A stretch of 64,000 nucleotides of DNA. It comes from a virus (lineage: Duplodnaviria; Caudoviricetes). The notes below the pieces were generated by a model that was not told where the DNA came from, did not search any database, and saw only the letters and a program-made list of their open reading frames with translations. Shown here one piece after another: positions 10,047 through 20,353 of this stretch (its first letter is position 1; every line of letters starts with the position of its first letter). The translations under genes and the position numbers were made by a program. The stretch spans positions 598-64,597 of the IMG/VR virus record IMGVR_UViG_3300022591_000005; one strand, 5' to 3'.

Positions 10047-11792
10047 ATGGCAGTAGTCCAGATCAGTCGAATTCAAATACGCAGAGGCAAATCAAACAGT
10101 GGAACTGGTATTCCACAGTTAGCTTCTGGCGAAATGGCATGGGCGGTAGACACCCAAGAACTTTACATTGGTAGTGGTTCTGTTGCAGAAGGTGCCCCTG
10201 CTGTTGATAATATTAAAGTTATTACCGAGTTAGATCTTAACACAAACGGTAATATCTTAAATCTATTACAATACATTTATAAAGTATCAGATCCTGGTAT
10301 GCAAACAGGAGATACTGCTAACACGCCTACTACTCGTAGCTTGCAACAACGATTTGACGATCAAATATCTGCTGCTGATTTTGGTGCGAATGGTCTAGGT
10401 GGATCAACTGATGATACCGCTGCATTACAACGTGCAATTGATCAATTATTTTTAAACACTACTAGAACAAAAGCAAGCGATCCTAGTGTAGACGGAACTA
10501 GAAATCGTGTTACTTTAACGATCCCTGCAGGTGTTTACAATATTTCAAGCACATTATATATTCCTAGCTATTCCTCTTTAGTTGGCGACGGTGATAACAA
10601 GACTATACTTAACTTTACTGGAACCGGCCCTGCTATTCAATTTGTTAATGATAACTCAACTAGCGGCCATCCAAGTCCACTAGGTAATACTGGTAGTACA
10701 GAAAATCCTCGCCATATCTTAATCAAGGGATTACTAATTCAGACAACCGATGATACACAATCGGGATTACAGCTTGATGCAGTTTCTGATAGTGTGTTTG
10801 AAAACATTAGTGTCAACGGTGTAATTGCTAACCCTGGTACAATTGCAAACTCTGGAATTGTGTTAAATGCAAAGTCTAGTTTAATTACTTGCGAACGTAA
10901 CTTGTTTACTGATGTAACTATTACTAATTTTAGTCAAGCAGTATACTCTGACTCTGATATTATACGCAATACATTCAGAGATATCTACGTTGCTAATTGT
11001 CATAACGGGTACATACTCGGTGACACTTTAGCAGCTGGGCAATTATACGGTCCGAGAGAAACACTAATCGATTCTAATATTTTTGAATACGTTGACAACT
11101 ATGCAGTTTATATTGGCGGTGTTGTTAACGAAACAATCTACTTAGGTAACGTAGTTAAAAACTGTTCTTTAACTAACGTAGGTAATGATCAAGGAAGCAA
11201 CTCGTCTCCGCTAGTTCCACAGATTTATTTTAGATCGTCCGGTAACGTTGTTGAGAATTTAAGATCTGATAGAACTGAAGTACTTGCTGGCACTAGCTAT
11301 GTTAACGTACAGTACATGCCAGAAGTAGCAGGTAAAGTAGTTTACAAGTCACCTGCTGCTAGAGAAATTTCTTTAGTTACAACAAGTGGTTATGGCACTG
11401 CGTTCAGACTGCCAGTATCCACAGATGAAAATGCAAACCCAAATCGTAATATTTCATATGTTATTGATTATGTTTACAGAGTTGATACTCCGGGCGACTT
11501 TGGTAATCCGTCAGGTTGGCACTACAGTCGCAGAGGTACATTGAGAGTTGTTGCAGATTTAGACACTTCTATTTCTTTAAACAATCCGTATGTTCAATTA
11601 TCCGACGACTACGAGTTTACAGGTTATGATCCACAAGGTACATACGCCACTGACCTAGACTTTAGAGCAGTGTTGACAAACCTTGACGGTACACCTTTTA
11701 CAAGTGGCGGGTATCCATTGTCTCTAGAAATTAGATATGCTAGTACAGTAACTAGTGGTACTCTAATTTATTCATACGTAGCGACTTCTTAA
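10047..11792 (+). CDS. Virion structural / tail-spike-like protein with beta-helix region
   Basis: RIQIRRG..LASGEMAW N-terminus; DFGANG..DDTAALQRAID pectate-lyase-3-like motif; late promoter. Confidence 0.7.
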   Translation: MAVVQISRIQIRRGKSNSGTGIPQLASGEMAWAVDTQELYIGSGSVAEGAPAVDNIKVITELDLNTNGNILNLLQYIYKVSDPGMQTGDTANTPTTRSLQQRFDDQISAADFGANGLGGSTDDTAALQRAIDQLFLNTTRTKASDPSVDGTRNRVTLTIPAGVYNISSTLYIPSYSSLVGDGDNKTILNFTGTGPAIQFVNDNSTSGHPSPLGNTGSTENPRHILIKGLLIQTTDDTQSGLQLDAVSDSVFENISVNGVIANPGTIANSGIVLNAKSSLITCERNLFTDVTITNFSQAVYSDSDIIRNTFRDIYVANCHNGYILGDTLAAGQLYGPRETLIDSNIFEYVDNYAVYIGGVVNETIYLGNVVKNCSLTNVGNDQGSNSSPLVPQIYFRSSGNVVENLRSDRTEVLAGTSYVNVQYMPEVAGKVVYKSPAAREISLVTTSGYGTAFRLPVSTDENANPNRNISYVIDYVYRVDTPGDFGNPSGWHYSRRGTLRVVADLDTSISLNNPYVQLSDDYEFTGYDPQGTYATDLDFRAVLTNLDGTPFTSGGYPLSLEIRYASTVTSGTLIYSYVATS

Positions 11793-12009
11793 GTTTAAAT
11801 TATTAGCCATCTCTGTTGACTGGACCAATATCTACGTATATAATTCTTTTTACTCCTGTAATAAGATAAAAGGCGTTTAGATATAGGTGCAAACTCGCTT
11901 AGTTTGCGCTATAAACCGCTGAGTTTCAAGAAGATTTGTAAGAGTTAATCTCATCTATAAATACTTCCTAAACGGCATAAACATTATTCACAAGAGCGGA
12001 ACGGACAGA

Positions 12010-14355
12010 ATGACAAAAATTACAGTAATTAAAAGAAGCGGAAATAAAGAGCTACTAGCAGTTGAAAAGTGGCAAGCTCAGATAGCAAAAGTGTGTAGTG
12101 GGATAGCTGATGTAAGTCAGTCAATGATTGAAATTAAAAGCCAACCTCATTTTTATGATGGCATTACTACTAAAGAAATTGACGAGATTACATTGCGAGC
12201 GATTGTCGACTTAATCGACGTAGAGCATAATCCCGATGTCGGACACGTTAACTATCAGTATGTAGCAGGCAAACAACGTTTGTCAATGCTACGAAAAGAT
12301 GTGTATGGTGACTATCAAGTTCCTCACATTTATGAAATAGTAAAAAAGAATATAGCAGTTGGTTTATATACTCCAGAACTTCTTAATTGGTACACTGAAG
12401 AAGATTGGAACAAAATGAACGACATGCTTGATCATGAAAAAGACGAGCAATATTCGTATGCGGCCATCGAGCAGTTGATTGAGAAGTACTTGGTACGCAA
12501 TCGTGCTACAAAGGAAATATATGAAACTCCTCAAATTAGATACATGGTTGCTGCTGCTACTGTGTTTCATAAAGAAGAGACTAACACATATATTATGCGT
12601 TACATTAAAGAGTATTACAATTGTGCTTCAGACGGCTTGTTCACTTTGGCTACTCCTGTTCTTGCTGGTCTTGGCACACCTACCAAACAATTTAGTAGTT
12701 GTGTTCTTATTCGTAGTGATGATGATTTGGACTCCATTTTTGCTTCTGGCGAAATGATGGCCAAGTACGCTAGCAAACGTGCTGGTATTGGGTTAGAAAT
12801 TGGACGTTTACGTCCATTAGGTGCTCCCATCAGAGGCGGCGAGATTATGCACACTGGTATGATTCCATTCCTTAAGAAATGGTTTGGTGATTTACGCAGT
12901 TGCAGTCAGGGTGGCATTCGTAATGCCAGTGCTACAGTAACATACCCAATTTGGCATTATCAGTTTGATGATCTAATTGTCCTAAAGAACAATCAAGGTA
13001 CAGAAGAAACTCGTGTGCGCCATATGGACTACTCTGTTGTACTAAGCAAGTTTTTCTGGAAGCGTTTTAAGAACAAAGAAATGATTACATTCTTTGATCC
13101 TAACGAAGTACCAGACTTGTACGAAGCGTTCTACCGCGACATTGACTTGTTTGAAAAACTATACGTTAATTATGAAAAGCATCCTACCATCAGAAAGAAA
13201 GTAATGAGTGCTGAAGAAGTATTCAAAGGTGCTATTCTAAAAGAGCGTACAGACACCGGACGTATCTACTTAGTATTCATTGACAACGTACAAAAACAAG
13301 GCCCATTTGATACATCAGTTGATCCTATCTATCAAAGTAACTTGTGCCAAGAGATCCTATTACCAACTAAGACATTCAAGCGACTTGATGACGAAGAGGG
13401 ACGCATTGCGTTATGTACCCTAGGATCAATTAACTGGGGTGCATTCCGTAACCCAGAAGACATGCGCCGAGCTTGCCGCATTCTACAGCGTAGCTTATGC
13501 AACATACTTGATTATCAAGACTTCTTAAGTATTCAAAGTAAACTAAGCAATGATGAGATCCAACCACTAGGCATCGGTGTTACTAACTTAGCTTACTGGC
13601 ACGCCAAGCGCAGCTTTAAGTATGGCGACAAAGATGCCCTACAAGATGTTAAGAGCTGGATGGAACATCAAGCATACTACTTAACAGAAGCAACTGTTGA
13701 ACTTGCCAAAGAACGCGGTTCATGCACAAACTCTGCACAAACCCGTTATGGACAAGGAGTATTTCCTTGGGAACTACGTGCAGACGGTGTTAATGAGTTA
13801 GCAGATTTTACTCCAGAACTTGACTGGGAAACATTACGTGCTAACATGAAACAATATGGAGTTAGAAATGCTACACTTATGGCTATTGCTCCAGTGGAGT
13901 CTAGTTCTGTTGTTATTAATTCAACTAATGGAATAGAAATGCCGATGAGCCTTATTAGTACTAAGGAATCTAAAGCAGCAAGTTTAACGCAAGTTGTTCC
14001 AGACTATGCTAAGTTAAAGAACAAGTATCAGTTAATGTGGGAACAAACTGATTGTGAAGGTTACTTAAAGACTGCGGCTGTTCTTGCAGCTTATGTTGAT
14101 CAAAGTATCAGTACAAACACTTTCTACAATCCAGCACACTTTCCTGATCGTAAGATTCCAACTACATTGATTGCTAAGAATTTAATGCAAGCACATGCAT
14201 GGGGTATTAAGACTTTTTATTACAGCCTAATGAACAAAGCAGGCAGCAAGGCTCCTACAGAAGTTCCAACAGAAGTTAATGGTGTTCAAACTTCTGGCTT
14301 GAACGGTTATCATGAAATTGATTTAGAAGATGACTGCGAGGCATGTAAGCTATGA
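12010..14355 (+). CDS. nrdA: Ribonucleotide reductase class Ia alpha subunit
   Basis: ATP-cone N-terminus, SSC, SNLCQEI, KTFYY and C-terminal CEACKL. Confidence 0.97.
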   Translation: MTKITVIKRSGNKELLAVEKWQAQIAKVCSGIADVSQSMIEIKSQPHFYDGITTKEIDEITLRAIVDLIDVEHNPDVGHVNYQYVAGKQRLSMLRKDVYGDYQVPHIYEIVKKNIAVGLYTPELLNWYTEEDWNKMNDMLDHEKDEQYSYAAIEQLIEKYLVRNRATKEIYETPQIRYMVAAATVFHKEETNTYIMRYIKEYYNCASDGLFTLATPVLAGLGTPTKQFSSCVLIRSDDDLDSIFASGEMMAKYASKRAGIGLEIGRLRPLGAPIRGGEIMHTGMIPFLKKWFGDLRSCSQGGIRNASATVTYPIWHYQFDDLIVLKNNQGTEETRVRHMDYSVVLSKFFWKRFKNKEMITFFDPNEVPDLYEAFYRDIDLFEKLYVNYEKHPTIRKKVMSAEEVFKGAILKERTDTGRIYLVFIDNVQKQGPFDTSVDPIYQSNLCQEILLPTKTFKRLDDEEGRIALCTLGSINWGAFRNPEDMRRACRILQRSLCNILDYQDFLSIQSKLSNDEIQPLGIGVTNLAYWHAKRSFKYGDKDALQDVKSWMEHQAYYLTEATVELAKERGSCTNSAQTRYGQGVFPWELRADGVNELADFTPELDWETLRANMKQYGVRNATLMAIAPVESSSVVINSTNGIEMPMSLISTKESKAASLTQVVPDYAKLKNKYQLMWEQTDCEGYLKTAAVLAAYVDQSISTNTFYNPAHFPDRKIPTTLIAKNLMQAHAWGIKTFYYSLMNKAGSKAPTEVPTEVNGVQTSGLNGYHEIDLEDDCEACKL

Positions 14356-14897
14356 CATATGGCTTCATCAAAAATTTGTTATCAGAAGGTAGACCAACAT
14401 CGTTATCAATAGATGCTCTACCATATGATAAGAAAGACTTGAGCCCTGTGTTATCCAAAGAAGCACTCGAGTATCATTACGAGCACCTTGCTAAGACTTA
14501 TGCCAAGCGTTACAACGCAGGCGAAGGCGACCCTGTTTTTAATGAAGCTGGTGTATTCTTACACAACATCTTGTTTCAGCAATACCAAGAGTCTACTGCA
14601 AACAATGCACCATTGGGTGAAGCATCTGACTTAATTGTTAAACACTACAAAACATTTGCTAAATTCAAAGAAGAGTTTGAAAAGGTAGCAATGAGTGTGC
14701 AAGGTAGTGGTTGGGTCTATCTTTCTCGTGACGGAAAGATTAAAACAATAACTAATCATGCTATCAAGAAAGACATTGTAGTGCTAGTAGATTGGTGGGA
14801 ACACGCCTGGGCACTAGACTATCAACATGATAAGAAAAAATATCTAGAGAATCAATGGAAAATTATTAACTGGGAGACAGTAAATGGACGCATATGA
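14352..14897 (+). CDS. sod: Fe/Mn superoxide dismutase-like protein
   Basis: GSGW and DWWEHAWALDY motifs. Confidence 0.85.
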   Translation: MTYGFIKNLLSEGRPTSLSIDALPYDKKDLSPVLSKEALEYHYEHLAKTYAKRYNAGEGDPVFNEAGVFLHNILFQQYQESTANNAPLGEASDLIVKHYKTFAKFKEEFEKVAMSVQGSGWVYLSRDGKIKTITNHAIKKDIVVLVDWWEHAWALDYQHDKKKYLENQWKIINWETVNGRI

Positions 14898-15057
14898 TTT
14901 ACACCAGGAACTTTTTAAATTGTGGCAGCAATTGTCCTATAAACCAAATGCAGCATCTATTAAAAAACAGTACGATGATACGCCAGTTTACGTTGACGGC
15001 CGTAGGGTTACTGGTGTTAAAATAGAAGATAACAAAATTATATTAGAAACCAAATGA
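14884..15057 (+). CDS. Small hypothetical protein (57 aa, not in ORF track)
   Basis: MDAYDLHQELF...ETK fills the sod-nrdB gap with an ATGA overlap. Confidence 0.55.
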   Translation: MDAYDLHQELFKLWQQLSYKPNAASIKKQYDDTPVYVDGRRVTGVKIEDNKIILETK

Positions 15058-16154
15058 GCAAACAACAATACAACTTAACCGCACAAACAAATTATCTTCA
15101 ACGTAAGATGTTTTTGGACCCAGCTGGTCCCGTAACCATTCAACGATTTGAAGAAGTCAAATACAATAAGATTGCAGACTTTGAAAAGACAGCACGTGGT
15201 TTCTTTTGGATTCCCGAAGAAGTTACACTAAGCAAAGACGCAAATGATTTTAAAGAATCAAGTGATGCAGTTAAACACATCTTCACTAGCAACCTACTAC
15301 GTCAAACAGCATTAGATAGCTTGCAAGGACGCGGCCCAAGCCAAATCTTTACACCAGTTATTAGTTTGCCAGAATTAGAAGCTCTAGTTTACAACTGGAC
15401 ATTCTTTGAAACTAACATTCACAGTCGTAGTTATAGCCATATTATTCGCAACATCTACAATGTGCCTAAAGAAGTATTCAATACTATTCATGACACACAA
15501 GAGATTGTTAACATGGCTTCTAGCATTGGAAACTATTACGATAACCTACACCAAATCAATTGCAAAGTTGAAGCAGGTATCGAAGTTACAGAAGATGAAC
15601 ACATTAAAGCAATCTATCTAGCACTACACGCTAGTTATGCACTAGAAGCATTCCGCTTTATGGTTTCATTTGCAACAAGCCTTGCAATGGTTGAAAATAA
15701 AATCTTTATTGGTAATGGTAACATTATCAGTTTGATTCTACAAGATGAATTGTTACACAAAGGTTGGACAGCTTGGTTAATTAATCAAGTTGTTAAGGAA
15801 GATCCACGCTTTGCTCGAGTAGCACAAACATGCCAAGAAGAAGTCTTACAGATTTATAAAGACGTTATTCGTGAAGAAAAAGAATGGGCTGATTACCTAT
15901 TCATAAAAGGTCCAGTGATTGGACTTAATGCAAACATCTTACGTGAGTTTGTTGATTTTACTGCTGTTGGAGCATTAAAAGATATCGGTATTAAATATTG
16001 GAATCCTGCTCCAAAGTCAACTCCTATTCCTTGGTTTAACAAGCATAGCGATACAAGTAAAAAACAAACTGCACTACAAGAATCAGAATCAACAAGTTAT
16101 GTAATCGGTGTTATGTCAGATTCGATTGACTATACCGCATTACCAAGTTTATAA
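15054..16154 (+). CDS. nrdB: Ribonucleotide reductase class Ia beta subunit
   Basis: FWIPEEV, ETNIHSRSY and DELLH diiron/tyrosyl motifs. Confidence 0.96.
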   Translation: MSKQQYNLTAQTNYLQRKMFLDPAGPVTIQRFEEVKYNKIADFEKTARGFFWIPEEVTLSKDANDFKESSDAVKHIFTSNLLRQTALDSLQGRGPSQIFTPVISLPELEALVYNWTFFETNIHSRSYSHIIRNIYNVPKEVFNTIHDTQEIVNMASSIGNYYDNLHQINCKVEAGIEVTEDEHIKAIYLALHASYALEAFRFMVSFATSLAMVENKIFIGNGNIISLILQDELLHKGWTAWLINQVVKEDPRFARVAQTCQEEVLQIYKDVIREEKEWADYLFIKGPVIGLNANILREFVDFTAVGALKDIGIKYWNPAPKSTPIPWFNKHSDTSKKQTALQESESTSYVIGVMSDSIDYTALPSL

Positions 16155-16167
16155 TTAAGGAATTAAA

Positions 16168-16410
16168 ATGATTACAGTATACACAAAGCCTCAGTGCCCC
16201 TTTTGCGATCAAGCAAAGGCACTGTTAGAAAGTAAAGGCATTGAATATAAAGCAGTTGACGTATCGGTAGACATGTCAGCTAGAGAAAAGATTATGGACT
16301 TGGGACTACGTTCAGTTCCACAAGTCTTTAATGATGGGGTACTTCTACCTGGTGGGTTTCGAGGCCTAGCAGGACAACCAGAAGAATTTTGGACAACACT
16401 AAAGGGATAA
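16168..16410 (+). CDS. Glutaredoxin
   Basis: CPFC and SVPQV motifs; adjacent to nrdB. Confidence 0.92.
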   Translation: MITVYTKPQCPFCDQAKALLESKGIEYKAVDVSVDMSAREKIMDLGLRSVPQVFNDGVLLPGGFRGLAGQPEEFWTTLKG

Positions 16411-16411
16411 T

Positions 16412-16702
16412 ATGTTAATTGACAAAGGCGTAACACAGGGTGAAGTAATCACTTTAAAACTAACAAGTGGTGAAGAATTAGTTGGGAAACTAACAGAAGA
16501 AACAGATGCTTACTATAAGCTATCAAAGCCAATGGTTATTGGTATGGGTAAACAAGGGCCAGGACTAATGCCTTACTTGTTTACAGTTAATCCAGATAGA
16601 GAAGTTAAACTATCTAAAATTACTGTTACAGTTGCAGAACCAACTGATGCTGATTTTGCTAAACAATTCCTTGAAAGCACATCTGGCATTAAATTGGTGT
16701 AA
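16412..16702 (+). CDS. Conserved phage protein (Sm-like fold likely)
   Basis: LKLTSGEELVG motif. Confidence 0.6.
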   Translation: MLIDKGVTQGEVITLKLTSGEELVGKLTEETDAYYKLSKPMVIGMGKQGPGLMPYLFTVNPDREVKLSKITVTVAEPTDADFAKQFLESTSGIKLV

Positions 16703-16710
16703 ATAACAGT

Positions 16711-17082
16711 ATGCCAGCTATAGCTAAAAAGGGTGGGTCTAGTTCAGTAACTTGCACTGATGGTGCAAAGGGATCCCCTTGCGCTCCTGGTCGTTGGCAT
16801 TGGAACTCAGGAACTACCCAGCCTACCGCTGCTGGTAGTTCTAACGTGTTTGTTGAAAACATCGGAGTTGTTAGACAAGACGATGTAATGGGAAGTCATC
16901 CGGATGGCAACCCGTGTGTAGGCAGTCCTGTTAATCATGCACCTGCATTAAGCACGTTTAGTGGCAATGTATTTGTTAACAACAAGGCTGTTGGCAGGAT
17001 TGGTGACAAATTTGATTCCGACGGACACTACGATCATACTATTGCTACTGGAGCAGGAACTGTTTTCGCCAATGGTAGTTGA
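16711..17082 (+). CDS. PAAR-like spike tip protein (T4 gp5.4-like)
   Basis: GSSNVFVEN..VR.DD, VFVNNKAVGRIGD and GAGTVFAN repeats with His ligands. Confidence 0.85.
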   Translation: MPAIAKKGGSSSVTCTDGAKGSPCAPGRWHWNSGTTQPTAAGSSNVFVENIGVVRQDDVMGSHPDGNPCVGSPVNHAPALSTFSGNVFVNNKAVGRIGDKFDSDGHYDHTIATGAGTVFANGS

Positions 17083-17113
17083 CTTTTCAAAATATTTGTA
17101 GTAATATACAAGT

Positions 17114-17698
17114 ATGAAAAAACTCATACTTACAGACGCAGACGGTGTATTACTTGATTGGGAATGGGCATTCAGAGTATGGATGCTTGAACGAGGGTAT
17201 ACACTAACACCAGATAATAAAAACAGCTATTATCTGCATCACCACTTTAACGAACTAACACAACCAGAAGCCAAAAAGCAAGTTAAGATTTTTAACGAAT
17301 CAGCCGCCATTGGATTCTTGCCTGCATTGCGGGACAGTGTTTATTATGTAAAAAAATTACATGAGGAACATGGATATGTGTTTAGAGTTATTACAAGTCT
17401 AAGCCTGGACAAAAATGCACAACGATTGCGAGAAATGAATCTGCGTAAAATTTTTGGAAATGCAATAGACACTGTTATCTGTTTAGATACAGGTGCAGAT
17501 AAAGATGACGCACTAGCACCCTATGAAGGTTCCGGTTTATGGTGGATTGAAGACAAGCCACAAAATGCCGATACAGGTCATGAACTGGGATTAAATAGTC
17601 TGCTAGTAGAACACGGGCACAACATGCATCATGAATGTCCGTATCCAGTTGTTAAAAACTGGAAAGAAATCTATAACATAATTACACAGGAGATTTAA
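17114..17698 (+). CDS. HAD-family 5'(3')-deoxyribonucleotidase-like protein
   Basis: DADGVLLD motif I and IEDK motif. Confidence 0.8.
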   Translation: MKKLILTDADGVLLDWEWAFRVWMLERGYTLTPDNKNSYYLHHHFNELTQPEAKKQVKIFNESAAIGFLPALRDSVYYVKKLHEEHGYVFRVITSLSLDKNAQRLREMNLRKIFGNAIDTVICLDTGADKDDALAPYEGSGLWWIEDKPQNADTGHELGLNSLLVEHGHNMHHECPYPVVKNWKEIYNIITQEI

Positions 17699-17699
17699 T

Positions 17700-17900
17700 A
17701 TGGCTATTAATAGATACGCAGAATTTACGGCTTTAGTCGAGGCAATGGAAGGCGATTTTGAAAAGTTTTATGACAAGGAAGTTGGCGCAGCTGGCACCCG
17801 TGTTCGTAAGCACTTACAAGAGTTAGCCAAACTTTGCAAAGAAATCCGTAACGACGTAACTGCAACAAAGAACGCACGTAAAGAAGCGTCAGGTAAGTAA
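17700..17900 (+). CDS. Histone H1-like (Hc1-family) small protein
   Basis: DFEKFYDK..AAGTRVRKHLQEL motif. Confidence 0.7.
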   Translation: MAINRYAEFTALVEAMEGDFEKFYDKEVGAAGTRVRKHLQELAKLCKEIRNDVTATKNARKEASGK

Positions 17901-17901
17901 T

Positions 17902-18198
17902 ATGAAACGCCTATTAGCAATTGTTTTACTAGTTGCTAGTACTTCAGTGTTTGCACATGATTTTAGTAGACACGGATATTGGCGACACGACGGTAGAGGT
18001 AGCTGGGGTTGGGTAGCACCAGCAGTAATTGGCGGGGTAATTGTTTATGAAACAACTCGTCCTCCGGTTTATGTATCACCACCTCCACCTGTTGTAATTC
18101 AGCAACAACCTGTTGTTGTGCAAGGACAAAACTGTAGCCCGTGGACACAGGTTCAAAACCCTGATGGTACAGTAACTACGACAAGAACTTGCCAATAA
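17902..18198 (+). CDS. Secreted proline-rich protein
   Basis: Signal peptide and PPPPVV. Confidence 0.65.
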   Translation: MKRLLAIVLLVASTSVFAHDFSRHGYWRHDGRGSWGWVAPAVIGGVIVYETTRPPVYVSPPPPVVIQQQPVVVQGQNCSPWTQVQNPDGTVTTTRTCQ

Positions 18199-18260
18199 CA
18201 TTTGACTTAATCCAAAGTTGGTAGTATAATAGCTCTTATATTAACAATTTTGGATTTTTC

Positions 18261-18659
18261 ATGAGTATGCATTTGGAAGGTCCGTGGCTAAGTACTACGG
18301 GCAAAAAGAAGGGCAAGCAAAAGTTTAAAAGTGCAGAACATGCACGTAAGGCTAGAGAATTGGATGAATCTTGGAAAGAGCTCCAGAAGAAATGGGCAGT
18401 TGAAGCCGAGGACAAAAAACGCACCCGTGCTATGACTGCTCCAAGTTTGAGCAGTTCATATAGTTTAAAAATACCAGAAGGTCGCAACACTACTGCACAC
18501 ATCAAAAGCAGGGATACGGGTGGCGGAAATGCAACACTAGCACCTGCAAAGGTTTACACAGGAACCAAGGTAAAAGGCATTGCAACCATGCATAAAAGCA
18601 ACGCTGTGCCGGTTTTTAGTGATGAAGAAGCAGTTGACATTTCCAAAATGCGACGCTAA
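18261..18659 (+). CDS. Conserved basic phage protein
   Basis: GIATMHKSNAVPVF C-terminal motif; TTGACT..TATAAT promoter. Confidence 0.65.
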   Translation: MSMHLEGPWLSTTGKKKGKQKFKSAEHARKARELDESWKELQKKWAVEAEDKKRTRAMTAPSLSSSYSLKIPEGRNTTAHIKSRDTGGGNATLAPAKVYTGTKVKGIATMHKSNAVPVFSDEEAVDISKMRR

Positions 18660-18834
18660 ACTAGCATAAGTATAAACTAATAGTTTTTCGGGAGACTGAA
18701 ATGGCTAATTAAATATTGTACCGGAAGGGTTTCTGGTGCAAAGCAGTAAGGCTTTTAACGCATAGGAGATGTATCAGAGCCATTTGTAAATGACGGAACT
18801 AGCGATTCCTGATCCAGCGTAAAGGAGAAAGAAA

Positions 18835-19365
18835 ATGATACGCATTTTTAAATCAGTAGTACTACTGTTGGCATTGCTAGCAGTTACAGTAACAGGTGTA
18901 AAAGCAGTTAACTACAAACTAGACACCCTAAAGAAAGCTCAAGTAAAAGTGAGCGATGTTACAGCAGAGAAGAGACAGAAACAACTTGACTGTCTAGCTC
19001 GTAACATTTACCATGAAGCAGGCTACGAACCATTCGAAGGTAAAGTAGCAGTTGCACAAGTTACAATCAACAGAGCAGAAAGTGGCGCTTTCCCTAGCGA
19101 CATCTGCGGCGTTGTATATCAAAAAAACGTAGTGTACGAAAAAGTACTTTGCCAGTTTAGCTGGTACTGCGACTCAGCTTCGATGAAGAAGCCAATGAAC
19201 GGACCCGTTTACACAGAATCAATGGAAGTAGCTAAGAAAGTGCTATTGGAAGGATTCCGTATTGACAGCGTTAAGGGAGCATTGTATTATCATGCTGACT
19301 ACATTAACCCAGGATGGCACAGAGAAAAGATCGCAAAACTCGGCCACCACATTTTTTACAGATAA
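18835..19365 (+). CDS. Cell wall hydrolase (SleB/Hydrolase_2)
   Basis: CLARNIYHEA, AVAQVTINR, QFSW, ALYYHA and HIFY motifs. Confidence 0.9.
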   Translation: MIRIFKSVVLLLALLAVTVTGVKAVNYKLDTLKKAQVKVSDVTAEKRQKQLDCLARNIYHEAGYEPFEGKVAVAQVTINRAESGAFPSDICGVVYQKNVVYEKVLCQFSWYCDSASMKKPMNGPVYTESMEVAKKVLLEGFRIDSVKGALYYHADYINPGWHREKIAKLGHHIFYR

Positions 19366-19375
19366 GAGGAAAAAC

Positions 19376-19711
19376 ATGAACACTTCACAAGTTAAGCAGT
19401 TTACACAAGATTTGTTTAATTTAGATCTTTGGGTTAAAAACATTAAGGAACACGCACCTCACATTTCGGCAGAAACTGCTGGTTGGGTTGCAATTGTGCT
19501 AATGCATTTAGCAACTATTCCTACTATGGTTGCTATTTTAACAGGACTAACTGAAAAGATGCCTCCTGTAGATATGGTGCTTTTCAGTTGGTTAGGATTG
19601 TTTTTGTTCTTTATTAAAGCAACAATCCAGAAAGATTTGCTTAATATTGTAACAATTGGGCTCGGGTTTTTCGTTCAAGCAGGACTGTTGGCACTTATCG
19701 TTTTTAAATAA
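19376..19711 (+). CDS. Small multi-TM membrane protein
   Basis: Three hydrophobic segments; GAGG SD. Confidence 0.65.
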   Translation: MNTSQVKQFTQDLFNLDLWVKNIKEHAPHISAETAGWVAIVLMHLATIPTMVAILTGLTEKMPPVDMVLFSWLGLFLFFIKATIQKDLLNIVTIGLGFFVQAGLLALIVFK

Positions 19712-19738
19712 ATATTATATCATTATAAGGAGCATTTT

Positions 19739-20353
19739 ATGCCATCAGGATTTCAACAAGATAGCAATCAACTACAACCGAACTTTTACCGTGTTGCAAT
19801 TGATATGGCTAACGGGACATACTTCCCAACAACAGATACAGGCAATCACGCCGACGGTGGTGTAACACCAAATTCTTGGGATTCATTCTCAACTGCAAAT
19901 TCACCTACTACATTAGCACTAGCAACAAGTCGTGCTCGTGGTAATTTGCGTTTTAAAAATATCATAAGAGAATTAACCAATTTGGCTGATTGTCAAGTTT
20001 TAGATGTTACAATTACAGAAGCTAATGCAGATGCACAAGCAACAGCATTGTCTTTTACCGTAAAATATGAACGCGATGCATTTATTCCATTAACTGGACA
20101 AAAGCAAGGTACAGCTACAGTAGGCAATGATGCAGCAGGTAATGCAATGGATACTCCAGCTAAAGCAATTGCTAACGCTATTGCATTTGGTGTTTACACA
20201 GGTCGTACAGAAAGTATGCGTGTGTATAACCCATCAATTGGTGAAGGCACTCAAGTTGCAGTTACAGCTAACGCAGCAACAACATTAGCAAACATTCTTG
20301 GAAAAGTAACTGTTTCTTTAATCGACACAACAACAGTAATTAATACAAACTAA
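19739..20353 (+). CDS. Putative structural protein
   Basis: Late promoter TAAATA, AGGAG SD, A/T-rich. Confidence 0.55.
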   Translation: MPSGFQQDSNQLQPNFYRVAIDMANGTYFPTTDTGNHADGGVTPNSWDSFSTANSPTTLALATSRARGNLRFKNIIRELTNLADCQVLDVTITEANADAQATALSFTVKYERDAFIPLTGQKQGTATVGNDAAGNAMDTPAKAIANAIAFGVYTGRTESMRVYNPSIGEGTQVAVTANAATTLANILGKVTVSLIDTTTVINTN

